DNA of 64,000 bases. Source: Terriglobia bacterium. GTDB taxonomy: Bacteria > Acidobacteriota > Terriglobia > UBA7540. Positions 52,045 to 61,852 of the stretch are shown here, piece after piece. Positions within the stretch are counted from its first letter, which is position 1. The number at the start of each line of letters is the position of its first letter. The DNA is taken from positions 5,203-69,202 of the forward strand of contig DASTAW010000064.1 in the NCBI GenBank assembly GCA_035712365.1, written 5' to 3'. The position numbers and the translations under genes are program-made. The notes under the pieces were generated by a model. It saw nothing but the letters and a program-made list of their open reading frames with translations. It was not told the origin of the DNA and ran no database searches.

Positions 52045-52800
52045 ATGGACCACGTTCTGCTGATTACCGGTTCAAGCGGAATTGCCGAGGCCACCGCGTT
52101 GCTGGCGGGGCGGGGAAATTACAAGGTCTTCATCGCCGGCAGGGATGAATCACAATGCCGCGAGTTGAGCGCCAGGATCGCTGGCTCCGGCTATTTCGCC
52201 GGCGATTTGCGGGAAGCTTCAGCGGCGGAAGGCGCCATTTCCGGTTGCATGAAACATTTTGGTCGCGTCGATGCGGTTTTCAATGTGGCAGGAGTAAGCG
52301 GGCGGCAGTTTGGAGACGGGCCTGTCCACGAATGCTCGGTGGAAGGCTGGGACAAGACACTGGAGGCGAATGCCAGGCCAACTTTCCTGATGTGCCGCGC
52401 GGCGGTGCGCCACTGGCTCGCAATGGGCCGTCGCGGAACGATTCTGAACATGGCCAGCGTGCTGGCATTTTCTCCTGAGCCGTGTCACTTTTCGACCCAC
52501 GCCTATGCAGCGAGCAAAGGCGCCATCATTTCTATGAGCCGGGCCATGGCGGCGCACTATGCTGCACACGGCATCCGGGTGAACGTGATCGCTCCCGCTC
52601 TGGTGGAGACTCCCATGAGCGCCCGCGCGCAAGCCGATCCGGAAATCGTGGAGTTTATCCGGCAAAAGCAGCCGTTGAGCGGGGGCTTTCTTGAAGCCGC
52701 GGATGTGGCAGAAACCGCGCTATTTCTGCTGAGCGAACGTTCGCGGCACGTGACGGGGCAGGTGGTGGCCATTGACGGAGGATGGTCAATTACAGGCTGA
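52045..52800 (+). CDS. SDR family oxidoreductase
   Basis: Has LITGSSGIAEA (TGxxxGxG-like) and the catalytic YAASKGA (YxxxK). An alternative GTG start lies at 52039. Confidence 0.8.
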   Translation: MDHVLLITGSSGIAEATALLAGRGNYKVFIAGRDESQCRELSARIAGSGYFAGDLREASAAEGAISGCMKHFGRVDAVFNVAGVSGRQFGDGPVHECSVEGWDKTLEANARPTFLMCRAAVRHWLAMGRRGTILNMASVLAFSPEPCHFSTHAYAASKGAIISMSRAMAAHYAAHGIRVNVIAPALVETPMSARAQADPEIVEFIRQKQPLSGGFLEAADVAETALFLLSERSRHVTGQVVAIDGGWSITG

Positions 52801-52803
52801 GCT

Positions 52804-53841
52804 ATGAAGCAGCGCCCACTTCGAACCACCGTGATCGGAAGCTATCCCTTTCCTGGCTGGCTGGAGTTCGCTTCCACTCATCTCGATCAATTCGGTCCCG
52901 CCGATCTGGAGGAGATGCTGGATGACGCTGTTGGCGCGGCGGTGAAGGACCAGCTCGATGCTGGCCTGGATGTGATTACCGATGGCGAGCAGACGAGGCT
53001 CGATTTCAATCTCTCGTTCTACGGTTTCCTCTCCGGGATTGCCGCGGAACCCGAGCCGGCGCGCCGGTTGGGTCCGCCAGGGCACGACCAGCGGGGCAAG
53101 CACAAGGTGACGGGCAAGATCGAAGCCCCGAAAGGCCTTGGGACGGTCTGCGATTTCGAACGCCTGAAGCGCATCGCCCCAGCGGGCGCGGCCCTTAAGA
53201 GCAGCGTGCCGGGCCCCTTTACGCTGAGCGGCCGGTTGGTTCCAAACGAATCCTATCGAGACCGTTACGCGCTTACCGAAGCGCTGGTTCCCATCGTGCG
53301 GCGCGAACTCGAGTCATTGGTGCAGGCTGGCTGCCAGGAAATCTGCGTTGATGAACCTTCCATGAGCTGTTATGCGCATCGTGAAGATCCTCGAAGGTTC
53401 GTCGATATCTTTCGGCGCACTACGGAAGGCGTTCGGGGGCGCTGCTGCCTTTCCACGCACTTGTGCTTTGGCAATTACAAGGGCCGGGCGGTGGCGCCGC
53501 GACGTTATGCGCCCATGTTTCCCGCGTTTCTCGACCTGCCGGTGGACGAAATGCATTTTGAAATGGCCAGCCGCGAGTTTGCCGAACTGGACCTGATCAA
53601 GCCCGTGGCTGAGCGCATGGACGTGGCTGTTGGCGTGATCGACGTGAAGAGTTATTACATCGAGACGCCAGATGATGTGGCCGCGCGCGTCCGTGGCTGC
53701 CTGCGGTTCGCGCCTGCCGAGCGGCTTTCGCTGGCTCCTGATTGCGGGCTCAGCCAGACGGCGCGCTGGGCATCGAAGCGAAAACTAAAGGCGCTGGTGG
53801 AGGGCGTGAAAATCGTCCGCAAAGAACTGGGCATCGAATGA
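52804..53841 (+). CDS. cobalamin-independent methionine-synthase-II-like (MetE C-terminal domain family) protein
   Basis: Has TTVIGSYPFPGWL, DGEQTR, and candidate Zn ligands THLCFGN (H.C) and APDCGL (C). It starts 3 nt after the SDR stop. Confidence 0.7.
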   Translation: MKQRPLRTTVIGSYPFPGWLEFASTHLDQFGPADLEEMLDDAVGAAVKDQLDAGLDVITDGEQTRLDFNLSFYGFLSGIAAEPEPARRLGPPGHDQRGKHKVTGKIEAPKGLGTVCDFERLKRIAPAGAALKSSVPGPFTLSGRLVPNESYRDRYALTEALVPIVRRELESLVQAGCQEICVDEPSMSCYAHREDPRRFVDIFRRTTEGVRGRCCLSTHLCFGNYKGRAVAPRRYAPMFPAFLDLPVDEMHFEMASREFAELDLIKPVAERMDVAVGVIDVKSYYIETPDDVAARVRGCLRFAPAERLSLAPDCGLSQTARWASKRKLKALVEGVKIVRKELGIE

Positions 53842-54674
53842 TCCGGCCGGTCTTGCAGGATGAAGAATTCCTGGCCGACGTTCGTGCCGCGGACCTGGAC
53901 GACGGCCACTTTCGTTTGTGGTGGCTGGGGCAGAGCGGGTTCCTGGTTCAATGGCGCGGCAGCCATTTGCTGCTCGATCCTTACCTGTCCGACTCATTGA
54001 CCAGGAAGTACGCAGAAACCGATAAGCCGCACATCCGAATGACCGAGCGGGTTGTGGATCCTTCGGCCCTCGACTTTATTGATGTGGTCACATCGAGCCA
54101 CAACCATACAGACCATCTGGACGGTGAAACTTTGCGCCCGCTGCTGCGGGTGAATCCAAGCTTAAAAATCGTTGTGCCGGAAGCAAATCGCCACGTTGTG
54201 TCCGAGCGTTTGGGCATTGATCCACAGTTGCCGATGGGCGCGCGAGACGGAGAGTCTGCCGTGGCTGGAGAATTCAGGCTGACGGCAATTCCTGCTGCGC
54301 ACGAAGAGGTGGGCCCGGGATATGTTGGTTACGTTGTGCAGTTCGGTCCGTGGACTGTTTACCACAGCGGCGACACGCTTCTCTATGACGGCATGGCGGA
54401 GCGGCTGCGGAAGTTTGCGGTCAACGTGGCCCTTCTGCCCATTAATGGCCGCGCTCCCGAGCGGCGAGTGGCCGGCAACCTGAATGCCCGTGAGGCCGCC
54501 GCACTCGGGAAGGCCATCGGCGCGCGGCTTGTCATTCCCTGCCACTACGAGATGTTCACATTTAACACCGCTGACCCGCGTGAGTTTGTCGAAGCCGCAG
54601 AGGCGATTGGCCAGCCATACCACGTTCTGCGGTGCGGGGAGCGATGGGAAAGCCGGAGCATGGGGGAGCGATAG
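53838..54674 (+). CDS. MBL-fold metallo-hydrolase
   Basis: Has the SSHNHTDHLD (HxHxDH) motif. The ATG overlaps the preceding stop (ATGA). Confidence 0.75.
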   Translation: MIRPVLQDEEFLADVRAADLDDGHFRLWWLGQSGFLVQWRGSHLLLDPYLSDSLTRKYAETDKPHIRMTERVVDPSALDFIDVVTSSHNHTDHLDGETLRPLLRVNPSLKIVVPEANRHVVSERLGIDPQLPMGARDGESAVAGEFRLTAIPAAHEEVGPGYVGYVVQFGPWTVYHSGDTLLYDGMAERLRKFAVNVALLPINGRAPERRVAGNLNAREAAALGKAIGARLVIPCHYEMFTFNTADPREFVEAAEAIGQPYHVLRCGERWESRSMGER

Positions 54675-54708
54675 ACATCGCAGCTCCGCTCCTCAAGAAA
54701 GGACAGCC

Positions 54709-55599
54709 ATGAGACGTCGCGAGCTCTTGTTGATGGGACCGGCGGCCCTGCTGAGCGTGGCCGCAAAGCGTTATCAGGCCAGCAGGCTATCGGTCGAGGG
54801 CTACATTTTTCAGCAGTACGCGGAGCGGCAGCACAAGGAGCTTGGGGACGTTCTCGACGAAATCTTTCCCATGGCCCGCAATGCCGGGTTCCGCAATATT
54901 GAATTGAACCAGGGCTTCCTGACCCCGGAACTTCGCAGCCGGGTGCTGGAACTGGTGGGCGTGAACAACCTGCGCATGCCATCGGTCTATGTTGGCGGGC
55001 CGATGCACCAGCGCACTCTGGCTGAGCGCACCATCGGCCAGGCGCTCGAGATTGCGGCCCTTTGCAGGAACCTGGGGTGCCGCGCCGTGATCAACAATCC
55101 GGACCCCAAGCCGCACGACGTTCCAAAGACCGATGACGAACTTGCAGTCCAGGTGAAGATGCTTGACCTGATGGGACGCGAACTGGCGAAGCGTGGCTTT
55201 CAGTTCTGGACCCACGCACACGCTCCGCAGATGGCCGACAACGCGCGCGAGTGGCGATACAACCTTCGTCACACCGATCCCAAATATGTCTGGGTTTGTC
55301 TGGACATCGACTGGGTTTACCAGGGCGGCCAGGACCCCATGGAACTGTTGCGAGAAGCCGGACACCGCGTCGCCAGCCTGCATCTCAGGAATTCCCGCAA
55401 TAAGTTGTGGCTGGAATCTTTTACCACCGGCGACATTGATTATTCCCAAATCGCTTCGTACATCAGGAAGATCAACCTGAAGCCGCTACTGGTGGTCGAA
55501 CTCGCCTATCGAAGAGAGACCGTAGTTACTCGGCCGCTCGAAGAGGATTTGCGCCTGAGCCGGATCTATGCGGAGCGGGTTTTTGGTCTCCATTCATGA
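54709..55599 (+). CDS. xylose-isomerase-like TIM-barrel protein ('sugar phosphate isomerase/epimerase' family) with Tat-like signal
   Basis: MRRRELLLMGPAALLSVAA is followed by a TIM-barrel-family pattern (RNAGFRNIEL .. NNPDP .. WTHAH .. CLDIDW .. SLHLRN). The longest ORF starts at 54484. Confidence 0.6.
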   Translation: MRRRELLLMGPAALLSVAAKRYQASRLSVEGYIFQQYAERQHKELGDVLDEIFPMARNAGFRNIELNQGFLTPELRSRVLELVGVNNLRMPSVYVGGPMHQRTLAERTIGQALEIAALCRNLGCRAVINNPDPKPHDVPKTDDELAVQVKMLDLMGRELAKRGFQFWTHAHAPQMADNAREWRYNLRHTDPKYVWVCLDIDWVYQGGQDPMELLREAGHRVASLHLRNSRNKLWLESFTTGDIDYSQIASYIRKINLKPLLVVELAYRRETVVTRPLEEDLRLSRIYAERVFGLHS

Positions 55600-55623
55600 T
55601 GATGTCGTAAGGGGGATGACACA

Positions 55624-58170
55624 ATGGCCAGGAAGCGAATTTCACGAAGGCAGTTTATGGCATCCACGGTGGCGGGAGTTGCCGTCACGGGAATGAAAGG
55701 GTTGCCCCCGAGCGGCGGCGAGGCGGGCGAGAATAAATTGGCCGTTGGAGCGCCCAATGCCGGGCCCCGCATCACACAATCACTGAACGCCGGCTGGAGA
55801 TTCAAAAGGCAGGGATCGCCCGGCTCGGGGACAGAACCGGAATTCGTCGGCGCGGAACGGCCCGATTATTCTGACGGTGCGTGGGAAACGGTGGTGGTCC
55901 CGCACACCTGGGACGTTGGTCCCGACAACCCATTTTGCACCTCGGACCATTTTCGCGGGCTGGGCTGGTATCGCCGCGAAATCGAGATTCCGGCGGGATG
56001 GCGAGGCCGCCGTGTGTGGATTGAATTCAAGGCAGTATTTCAGGTGGCGGACGTTTACCTCAACGGCCATCATCTGGGCCGACACGTGGGAGGTTTCACG
56101 GGATTCGGGTTTGACTTGACGGACCATCTGGAATTTGGCGGAAAGAGCCTGCTTGCCGTGCGGGTGAATGATGTGCTGGACCCGAATATTGCTCCGGCAA
56201 ATGAGACGAACGTTCCCGGGTATGGCGGCATTTACCGGACAGTTTCATTGGTCGTCATACATCCCCTTCACGTGCAGCGCAACGGGACCTGGGTTGCTGC
56301 CGGGCAATCAGCAGACAAAACGACGCTTCGAATTCGAAGCTGGGTCGAGAATCAGAGCTCCCAAACGCGAAGCTTCAACCTTAAAAGCCTTATCCTTGAC
56401 GCCGAGGGCAGGGAAATAGCCGGGCCCGATATCAACGAAAATGTTGGCCCCAACGCCGTGAAGGAAATCGACCAGACCATCCCAGTGACCAACGCGCGTC
56501 TCTGGTCGCCCGATGACCCGCACCTTTATGAGTTGGTGAGCACCGTTTCCGAAGGCGGAAGAATCACTGACCGCTACCAAACGCCGTTCGGCATTCGTTT
56601 CATGGATCATGACGCAGCCAACGGATTCACGCTCAACGGCAAACCGATTGTTCTGCGTGGCGTGGACCGTCGCCAGGACTACGGCTTTCTCGGGGATGCC
56701 GTTCCAGAAGCGATCGGCGTCAAAGACGTGCGCCTGATGAAGGAGATGGGCGTGAACTTTGTCCGCACCTCACATTATCCCCAGGACCCGGCGGTGATCG
56801 ACGCGTGTGACCGGCTGGGAATCCTCGTCTGGGAAGAGGTGCCGAACATCAAAATCCACATGTACCACGCGCCTCTGGATGAAGAAGAAAACATTTACGC
56901 GACCCGCTTCCCGCGCGGTCTGATGTCGAACATCAAACACCAATTGAAAGAAATGGTGGAGCGCGACCGCAATCATCCTTCCATCGTCATCTGGGGCTTT
57001 GCCGATGACCTGAGCAGTTACCAATACCCGCAGGACTTTATGGAACTCTCGGACTACACGCATTCGCTTGACCCCGCACGCTGGACGGCCGGGCGATGCG
57101 CGCACGTAACCGACATCATCGACGCCACAACGATCGAGGACCTGGTGCAGGCGCATAAGGAGCATCCTGAGAAGAAATACATCTGGAACGAGTGGGGATC
57201 GTTTCACTGCGAACGCGGGCGTGAGGGTCCGGCGCTGGTTCGGAAAGGGCGCAGCGTTGTTTTTGCGGATAGTGAAGCGGCGTTGGCCTGCGAAGGGTAC
57301 TTGATGCAGTGGAACGCGCTGCCCTGGCTGGGTACCGCTAAATGGTGCATGTTCGACACCGGCGAGGCCAACGGGACCGCGACGCGTACGCTTTGGGAGT
57401 CCCGGGACGGCCGCATAACTCTCCGCTGGCCGTTTAATGATTACTTCGGAGTTGCTGACATGTGGCGCCTGCCGAAGGAGGCTTATTTTCTGTTTCAGGC
57501 CGAGTGGACGGAGACGCCTATGGTCCACATCGCAGGCCATTGGACCTGGCCAGAGTACGCGGGCCGAATCCGCATTGTGAGGATTTATAGCAATTGCGAT
57601 ACGGTGGAACTTTTTCTTAACGGGAAAAGCCTGAGCGTTCGTAAACCCGCCTCGCAAGAACGTGTCTGGCAGGATTTTCGAACCCTGGTAAACCAATTTC
57701 GGGACACGGAGGAATTGAGCGGACAGTTTACACAGGAGCGCTTTCCGGGCGCGCATCTCAAGCATCCGCCCTTCGTGTGGGATGACGTTATTTACCAGCC
57801 AGGAGTGCTGTTGGCGATGGGAAAAAAAGGGAATACGACGGTCAGGCATCAGATTCGTACCGCGGGGCAGGCAAGAAGCATCGTGCTAAAGCCGGACAAG
57901 GAATCGCTGATGGCCGATGGAGCCGACGTGATTTTCGTCGAAGCTGATGTGGTTGACTCCGCCGGGACGGTTGTTCCAACAGCCCAGAACTGGATCGCGT
58001 TTTCCGCAACCGGCCCTGGACGCCTGCTCGGCGGCACATCGGAAATCGATGCGATCTCGGGAATCGCTGCCATCAATCTTCAGAACACTGGTGAAACAGG
58101 GGAAGTTGTTATCCACGCCGCTTCGCCTGGTCTCGAATCGGCCTCCCTGCGAGTGTCTGCAGAAAACTGA
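55624..58170 (+). CDS. Tat-signal glycoside hydrolase family 2
   Basis: The Tat motif is SRRQFMASTVAG. YLNGHHLGRHVGGFTGFGFDLT is the sugar-binding domain. VNFVRTSHYPQDP is in the TIM barrel. WNEWGS is also present. Confidence 0.85.
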   Translation: MARKRISRRQFMASTVAGVAVTGMKGLPPSGGEAGENKLAVGAPNAGPRITQSLNAGWRFKRQGSPGSGTEPEFVGAERPDYSDGAWETVVVPHTWDVGPDNPFCTSDHFRGLGWYRREIEIPAGWRGRRVWIEFKAVFQVADVYLNGHHLGRHVGGFTGFGFDLTDHLEFGGKSLLAVRVNDVLDPNIAPANETNVPGYGGIYRTVSLVVIHPLHVQRNGTWVAAGQSADKTTLRIRSWVENQSSQTRSFNLKSLILDAEGREIAGPDINENVGPNAVKEIDQTIPVTNARLWSPDDPHLYELVSTVSEGGRITDRYQTPFGIRFMDHDAANGFTLNGKPIVLRGVDRRQDYGFLGDAVPEAIGVKDVRLMKEMGVNFVRTSHYPQDPAVIDACDRLGILVWEEVPNIKIHMYHAPLDEEENIYATRFPRGLMSNIKHQLKEMVERDRNHPSIVIWGFADDLSSYQYPQDFMELSDYTHSLDPARWTAGRCAHVTDIIDATTIEDLVQAHKEHPEKKYIWNEWGSFHCERGREGPALVRKGRSVVFADSEAALACEGYLMQWNALPWLGTAKWCMFDTGEANGTATRTLWESRDGRITLRWPFNDYFGVADMWRLPKEAYFLFQAEWTETPMVHIAGHWTWPEYAGRIRIVRIYSNCDTVELFLNGKSLSVRKPASQERVWQDFRTLVNQFRDTEELSGQFTQERFPGAHLKHPPFVWDDVIYQPGVLLAMGKKGNTTVRHQIRTAGQARSIVLKPDKESLMADGADVIFVEADVVDSAGTVVPTAQNWIAFSATGPGRLLGGTSEIDAISGIAAINLQNTGETGEVVIHAASPGLESASLRVSAEN

Positions 58171-58241
58171 GCGAGGGCTGCACGGGGCCGTCCCGGCCTC
58201 GGTTGCAAGGAATGGCTCCTAGCTGATAGAGTTGAATTCTC

Positions 58242-58318
58242 GCGCCTGTAGCTCAGTTGGATAGAGCGGCAGACTTCGAATCTGTAGGTCGGGGGTTCGA
58301 GCCCCTCCAGGCGCGCCA
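58242..58318 (+). tRNA. tRNA-Arg (anticodon TCG)
   Basis: A 77-nt cloverleaf. The acceptor is gcgcctg/caggcgc, the anticodon arm is gcaga-CTTCGAA-tctgt, the T-loop is ttcgagc, and CCA is encoded. Confidence 0.95.
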
Positions 58319-58629
58319 TTCCAACTCCAGGGACACCGGACAGCTTGGTGGTTCCAAACACGCACGCAGCAGGCAGTCGCGCTTCTATTCGTTCGCATAG
58401 AGAAATCAGTTGTTCGGTGTCAGAGTGAAGCGAGGCTTGATCTAAAGTATCAGTTGAAGTTAACCTTCCCGGCAGTTAGGCTGACTGGAATTACAAGCGG
58501 GTCGAGCTTCTGGGACGAATTACTCCGGAATCGCCGCCCGCCTGAGAATGTTTGTCCAATTGCGCCAGAGTCCGGACAAACATCCTGGGCGGGGAGGTGG
58601 TCAACTGAGCCAAGTTCGGATAACTCGGG

Positions 58630-59097
58630 CTAGCCATTGAAATAATTCTTTGCAACCTGGCGCACGGAACCTAGCGCGCTGTAGATCCAGCCCGTATCCA
58701 ATTGGTACGACTGGACCCAATTTTCTGGCTGGCTCCACAGAGAGCGAACCCTTTGCCAATAGATAGAACTGGTGATGTAATCTCCGCCCATGGCCATCGT
58801 AAAATCTTCCGGGGGCCTGCTAGGAAGGAACTCCCCGTAAGCGTAGTTCTTTGACACGAAGTCTGCGGCCCGATTCCAGTAAGATCGCGCGACGGTACTT
58901 TGGTTGTCCTTCCATGACGCGGTTGCATTTAAGGAAGGAGGTTCACTTCGAAGGCGCATGACCGGGTGGATCGATTCGTAAAGAAAGATGCCGCCCAGAA
59001 GCATCACGGCAATCAGCCCTAATCCACCCTGGCGGACGGGCCGGTGGGCGCTTTCCACTCCGTAAAGATCCCCAATGACAGAAAAGGTGCTGCTCAT
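58630..59097 (-). CDS. hypothetical single-pass membrane protein
   Basis: ATG 59097 has GGAGAG 4 nt upstream. It has one TM helix (GLGLIAVMLLGGIFLY). I recognised no family. It lies in a lower-GC patch. Confidence 0.5.
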   Translation of the reverse strand: MSSTFSVIGDLYGVESAHRPVRQGGLGLIAVMLLGGIFLYESIHPVMRLRSEPPSLNATASWKDNQSTVARSYWNRAADFVSKNYAYGEFLPSRPPEDFTMAMGGDYITSSIYWQRVRSLWSQPENWVQSYQLDTGWIYSALGSVRQVAKNYFNG

Positions 59098-59500
59098 GCT
59101 ACTCTCCAATCGACCCTGCAATGATCAACCTGAGGCAGCAAAGGTGCTGGTGCTGCTCACAACCCGGGGGCGCGAAAGCCAAAAGCGATACAGGAGAACC
59201 TATATCCCCCGCTTGCCCCGAGGGGATATATATTCTTCGTATAACAGTACTGGCAAGTTACCCACCAATCTCTAAGCTGTTGAAAAATATGTCTCGATAT
59301 GTCTCAACCTGTGCAAAAATTACCTGATGAGAGCAATTCAGGCTCGTCCGATTGTTTGTTTCTAAGCTATCAGCTAAGGAAGCTTGTGGCCTTCGCAGAG
59401 TGTACCAAAATGGAGCAATCGATCGCAGGTGGCAAAGCGCTCCTTTCGTCTTGGCAAACCGGATTGTACTTAGATCTGAAGAGTTTAATCGGAGGTCAGT

Positions 59501-60826
59501 GTGACGAAATCGTCCGGCGTTAATTTGCTCGGAAACACTCGATCGCCGCAGTATGACCTGCTGCTGAAAGGCGGACACGTCATTGATCCCGCTAACCGCA
59601 TTGACCGCAAGATGGATATAGCCGTCGGGATCGGGAAAATCACCGCAGTCGAGCCTGACATCGCGCCCAGCCGGGCGGGAAAGGTGGTGAATGTCCACGG
59701 GCTTTATGTAACGCCCGGGTTGGTGGATATCCACGTCCATATTGGTTACGGCGGAGCGCCAGACAACTGGTATTCGTCGAATGCCCCGTCTCACATCCCG
59801 CCTTTTGGCGTGCCGGCTGACCTCATGTTGACTTCAGGAGTCACCAGCGTAGTGGACACCGGAAGCGCCGGCGCTGAAACATTTCTTCGCGAAAAGCAGA
59901 TGGTAATGGACCGGGCGCAGATCCGCGTGCTGGCTTTCCTGAATATTGCTGCCAACGGGATGAACGGCGGGCTGGAGCAGCAGGTCGATCAGATGGACCC
60001 GCAAGTGTGCGCGGAGGTTATCCAAAAGCATCGCGACGTGATCGTGGGAGTGAAGACGGCGCACTACTGGACCACGAAGCCCTGGGATGCCGGGCACCCG
60101 CCCTGGGGGGCAGTCGATCGCGCGCTCGAATGCGGACGCCTTGCGAAAGTCCCGATGATGGTAGACTTCTGGCCGCGGCCGCCAAGACGCTCCTATGCAG
60201 AGCTTATCTTGAAAAAGATGCGGCCCGGCGACATCCACACGCACGTGTTTGCCCAGCAGTTTCCCATCATCCTTCCAAACGGACGCATCAACCCGATCAT
60301 GTGGAAGGCGAAAAAGCGCGGAGTGATTTTCGACGTTGGGCACGGCGCGGGGAGTTTCTGGTTCCGGAACGCGGTACCGGCGGTGGAACAGGGATTTCTG
60401 CCGGACTCGATTTCCACGGACCTGCACTCAAGGAGCATGATCGGGCCGGCGCAGAGCATGACGAACGTCATGTCGAAATTTCTGGCTATGGGCGTGCCTC
60501 TGGCAGACGTGGTCCGGCGCTCGACGCTGAATCCGGCCCGGGAGATCAACCGTCCCGATCTCGGCACACTGTCAGTAGGTCAGGAGGCTGATATCGCCGT
60601 CCTCGAGAAACTTGAAGGCGAATACAGCTATGCGGACAACGGGAATGCCCGGCTAAACGGCCATGTGAAACTGGATGCTCGAATGACGGTGCGGGCGGGA
60701 AGGATTCTCTATGATCCCGCTGGTCTGAGCATGGTTGATTGGCGGGAGGCCCGCAAGCAATATTTCAAGCCTCCGAGGCTCGGATCGAGCCGGCCTTCGA
60801 CGGCAGACGATTACCCGCGCATTTAA
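59501..60826 (+). CDS. amidohydrolase family metallohydrolase (dihydroorotase/deacetylase-like)
   Basis: The GTG start has GGAGG upstream. DLLLKGGHVIDP and GLVDIHVHI (HxH metal site) are present. Confidence 0.75.
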   Translation: MTKSSGVNLLGNTRSPQYDLLLKGGHVIDPANRIDRKMDIAVGIGKITAVEPDIAPSRAGKVVNVHGLYVTPGLVDIHVHIGYGGAPDNWYSSNAPSHIPPFGVPADLMLTSGVTSVVDTGSAGAETFLREKQMVMDRAQIRVLAFLNIAANGMNGGLEQQVDQMDPQVCAEVIQKHRDVIVGVKTAHYWTTKPWDAGHPPWGAVDRALECGRLAKVPMMVDFWPRPPRRSYAELILKKMRPGDIHTHVFAQQFPIILPNGRINPIMWKAKKRGVIFDVGHGAGSFWFRNAVPAVEQGFLPDSISTDLHSRSMIGPAQSMTNVMSKFLAMGVPLADVVRRSTLNPAREINRPDLGTLSVGQEADIAVLEKLEGEYSYADNGNARLNGHVKLDARMTVRAGRILYDPAGLSMVDWREARKQYFKPPRLGSSRPSTADDYPRI

Positions 60827-60990
60827 GTTGCAGCCACGGCAGGCTGATTGTGCCGGTTCAGGGTTGCCAAGAAACCAGCCGCCGATGGACGAAACCCACG
60901 GCCAGACCTCTCCCGAATGGCGGGGATAAATCCGGCCCGTCGATCTCCAGTCGTCCACCTCATGCGGTCACTGTCAGCGCGTACAAATTC

Positions 60991-61842
60991 TTATTTCCGG
61001 AGGGATTCCGCAACGTATTGCGAAAAAGTTTCCGCCAGGAACCGTGTAAAAGGCCCGTTTACCTCTGCGATAGTTCGATCTTCAATCTGGGAAACTGGCT
61101 GGACTTCGCGTGTGGTTGAGGCGATGAAGACTTCGTCAGCGCCGAACAGGTCGTCGGATTCCAGTTCCGCCTCCTCGATGCTCAGGCCGGTCTTTTCTCC
61201 CAGCTCGATCAGCACCGCCCGCGTGACACCCGGAAGGCACCCGGCGGAAAGCGGCGGAGTGGTGATCTCGCCGCTACGCACGCAGAAAATATTTGCGGCA
61301 GTGCATTCGCTGACTTCGTTATGTTCGTTCAACAGGACGACTTCATCAAAGCCTCGCTCGAGAGCCTGATCAAGCATCCAGACATTCTGCAGCCAGGCAG
61401 TCACTTTGACCCCGGCAAGCGGGCTCGCGGCATATCGGCCGTAAGATTGCATTGCCAGGCGCACAGGGCCCTTGCGTTTGGGCAGGTCGGCTGTGTATAA
61501 AATCAGGTCAACCTCCGGCATGGTTTCGTCGCTGATCCAGGCGCCGGACTTGTTGTAGACAAAATAGATCCGGCCGCAGCCGTCCTCAACGTGATTCGCC
61601 TCAACCAATCGGCGAAGATGTTCGAGCACGGCGCCGGGCTGCCATTCCAGAGGGATTTTCAACCGTGTTGCGTCCGCTGCCAGGCGGTTCCAGTGGCGGT
61701 CAAAGGCGAATGGCCGGCCCTGATAGATTCGAATCGTGGTAAATACGCCCCAACCGTTCAAGAGTCCTGCCTGGCCGGGGGAAAGCCGAACTTCCTGCAC
61801 CGGAACCAACTGGTCATTGCGATAGACGAAGTTATGTAGCAT
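60991..61842 (-). CDS. class IV aminotransferase (branched-chain aminotransferase / aminodeoxychorismate-lyase-like)
   Basis: From ATG 61842 it reads MLHNFVYRNDQLVPVQEVRLSPGQAGLLNGWGVFTTIRIY..FDRHWNRL...EVSECTAANIF...TPPLSAGCLPGVTR. The longest ORF reaches 62040. Confidence 0.8.
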   Translation of the reverse strand: MLHNFVYRNDQLVPVQEVRLSPGQAGLLNGWGVFTTIRIYQGRPFAFDRHWNRLAADATRLKIPLEWQPGAVLEHLRRLVEANHVEDGCGRIYFVYNKSGAWISDETMPEVDLILYTADLPKRKGPVRLAMQSYGRYAASPLAGVKVTAWLQNVWMLDQALERGFDEVVLLNEHNEVSECTAANIFCVRSGEITTPPLSAGCLPGVTRAVLIELGEKTGLSIEEAELESDDLFGADEVFIASTTREVQPVSQIEDRTIAEVNGPFTRFLAETFSQYVAESLRK

Positions 61843-61852
61843 CCGCCTGCCT

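Noticed and set aside
58319-59500. A prophage or integrative element at tRNA-Arg.
   Set aside because: There is no integrase, no phage genes and no direct repeat of the tRNA 3' end. Only the compositional shift is reported, as a low-interest finding.
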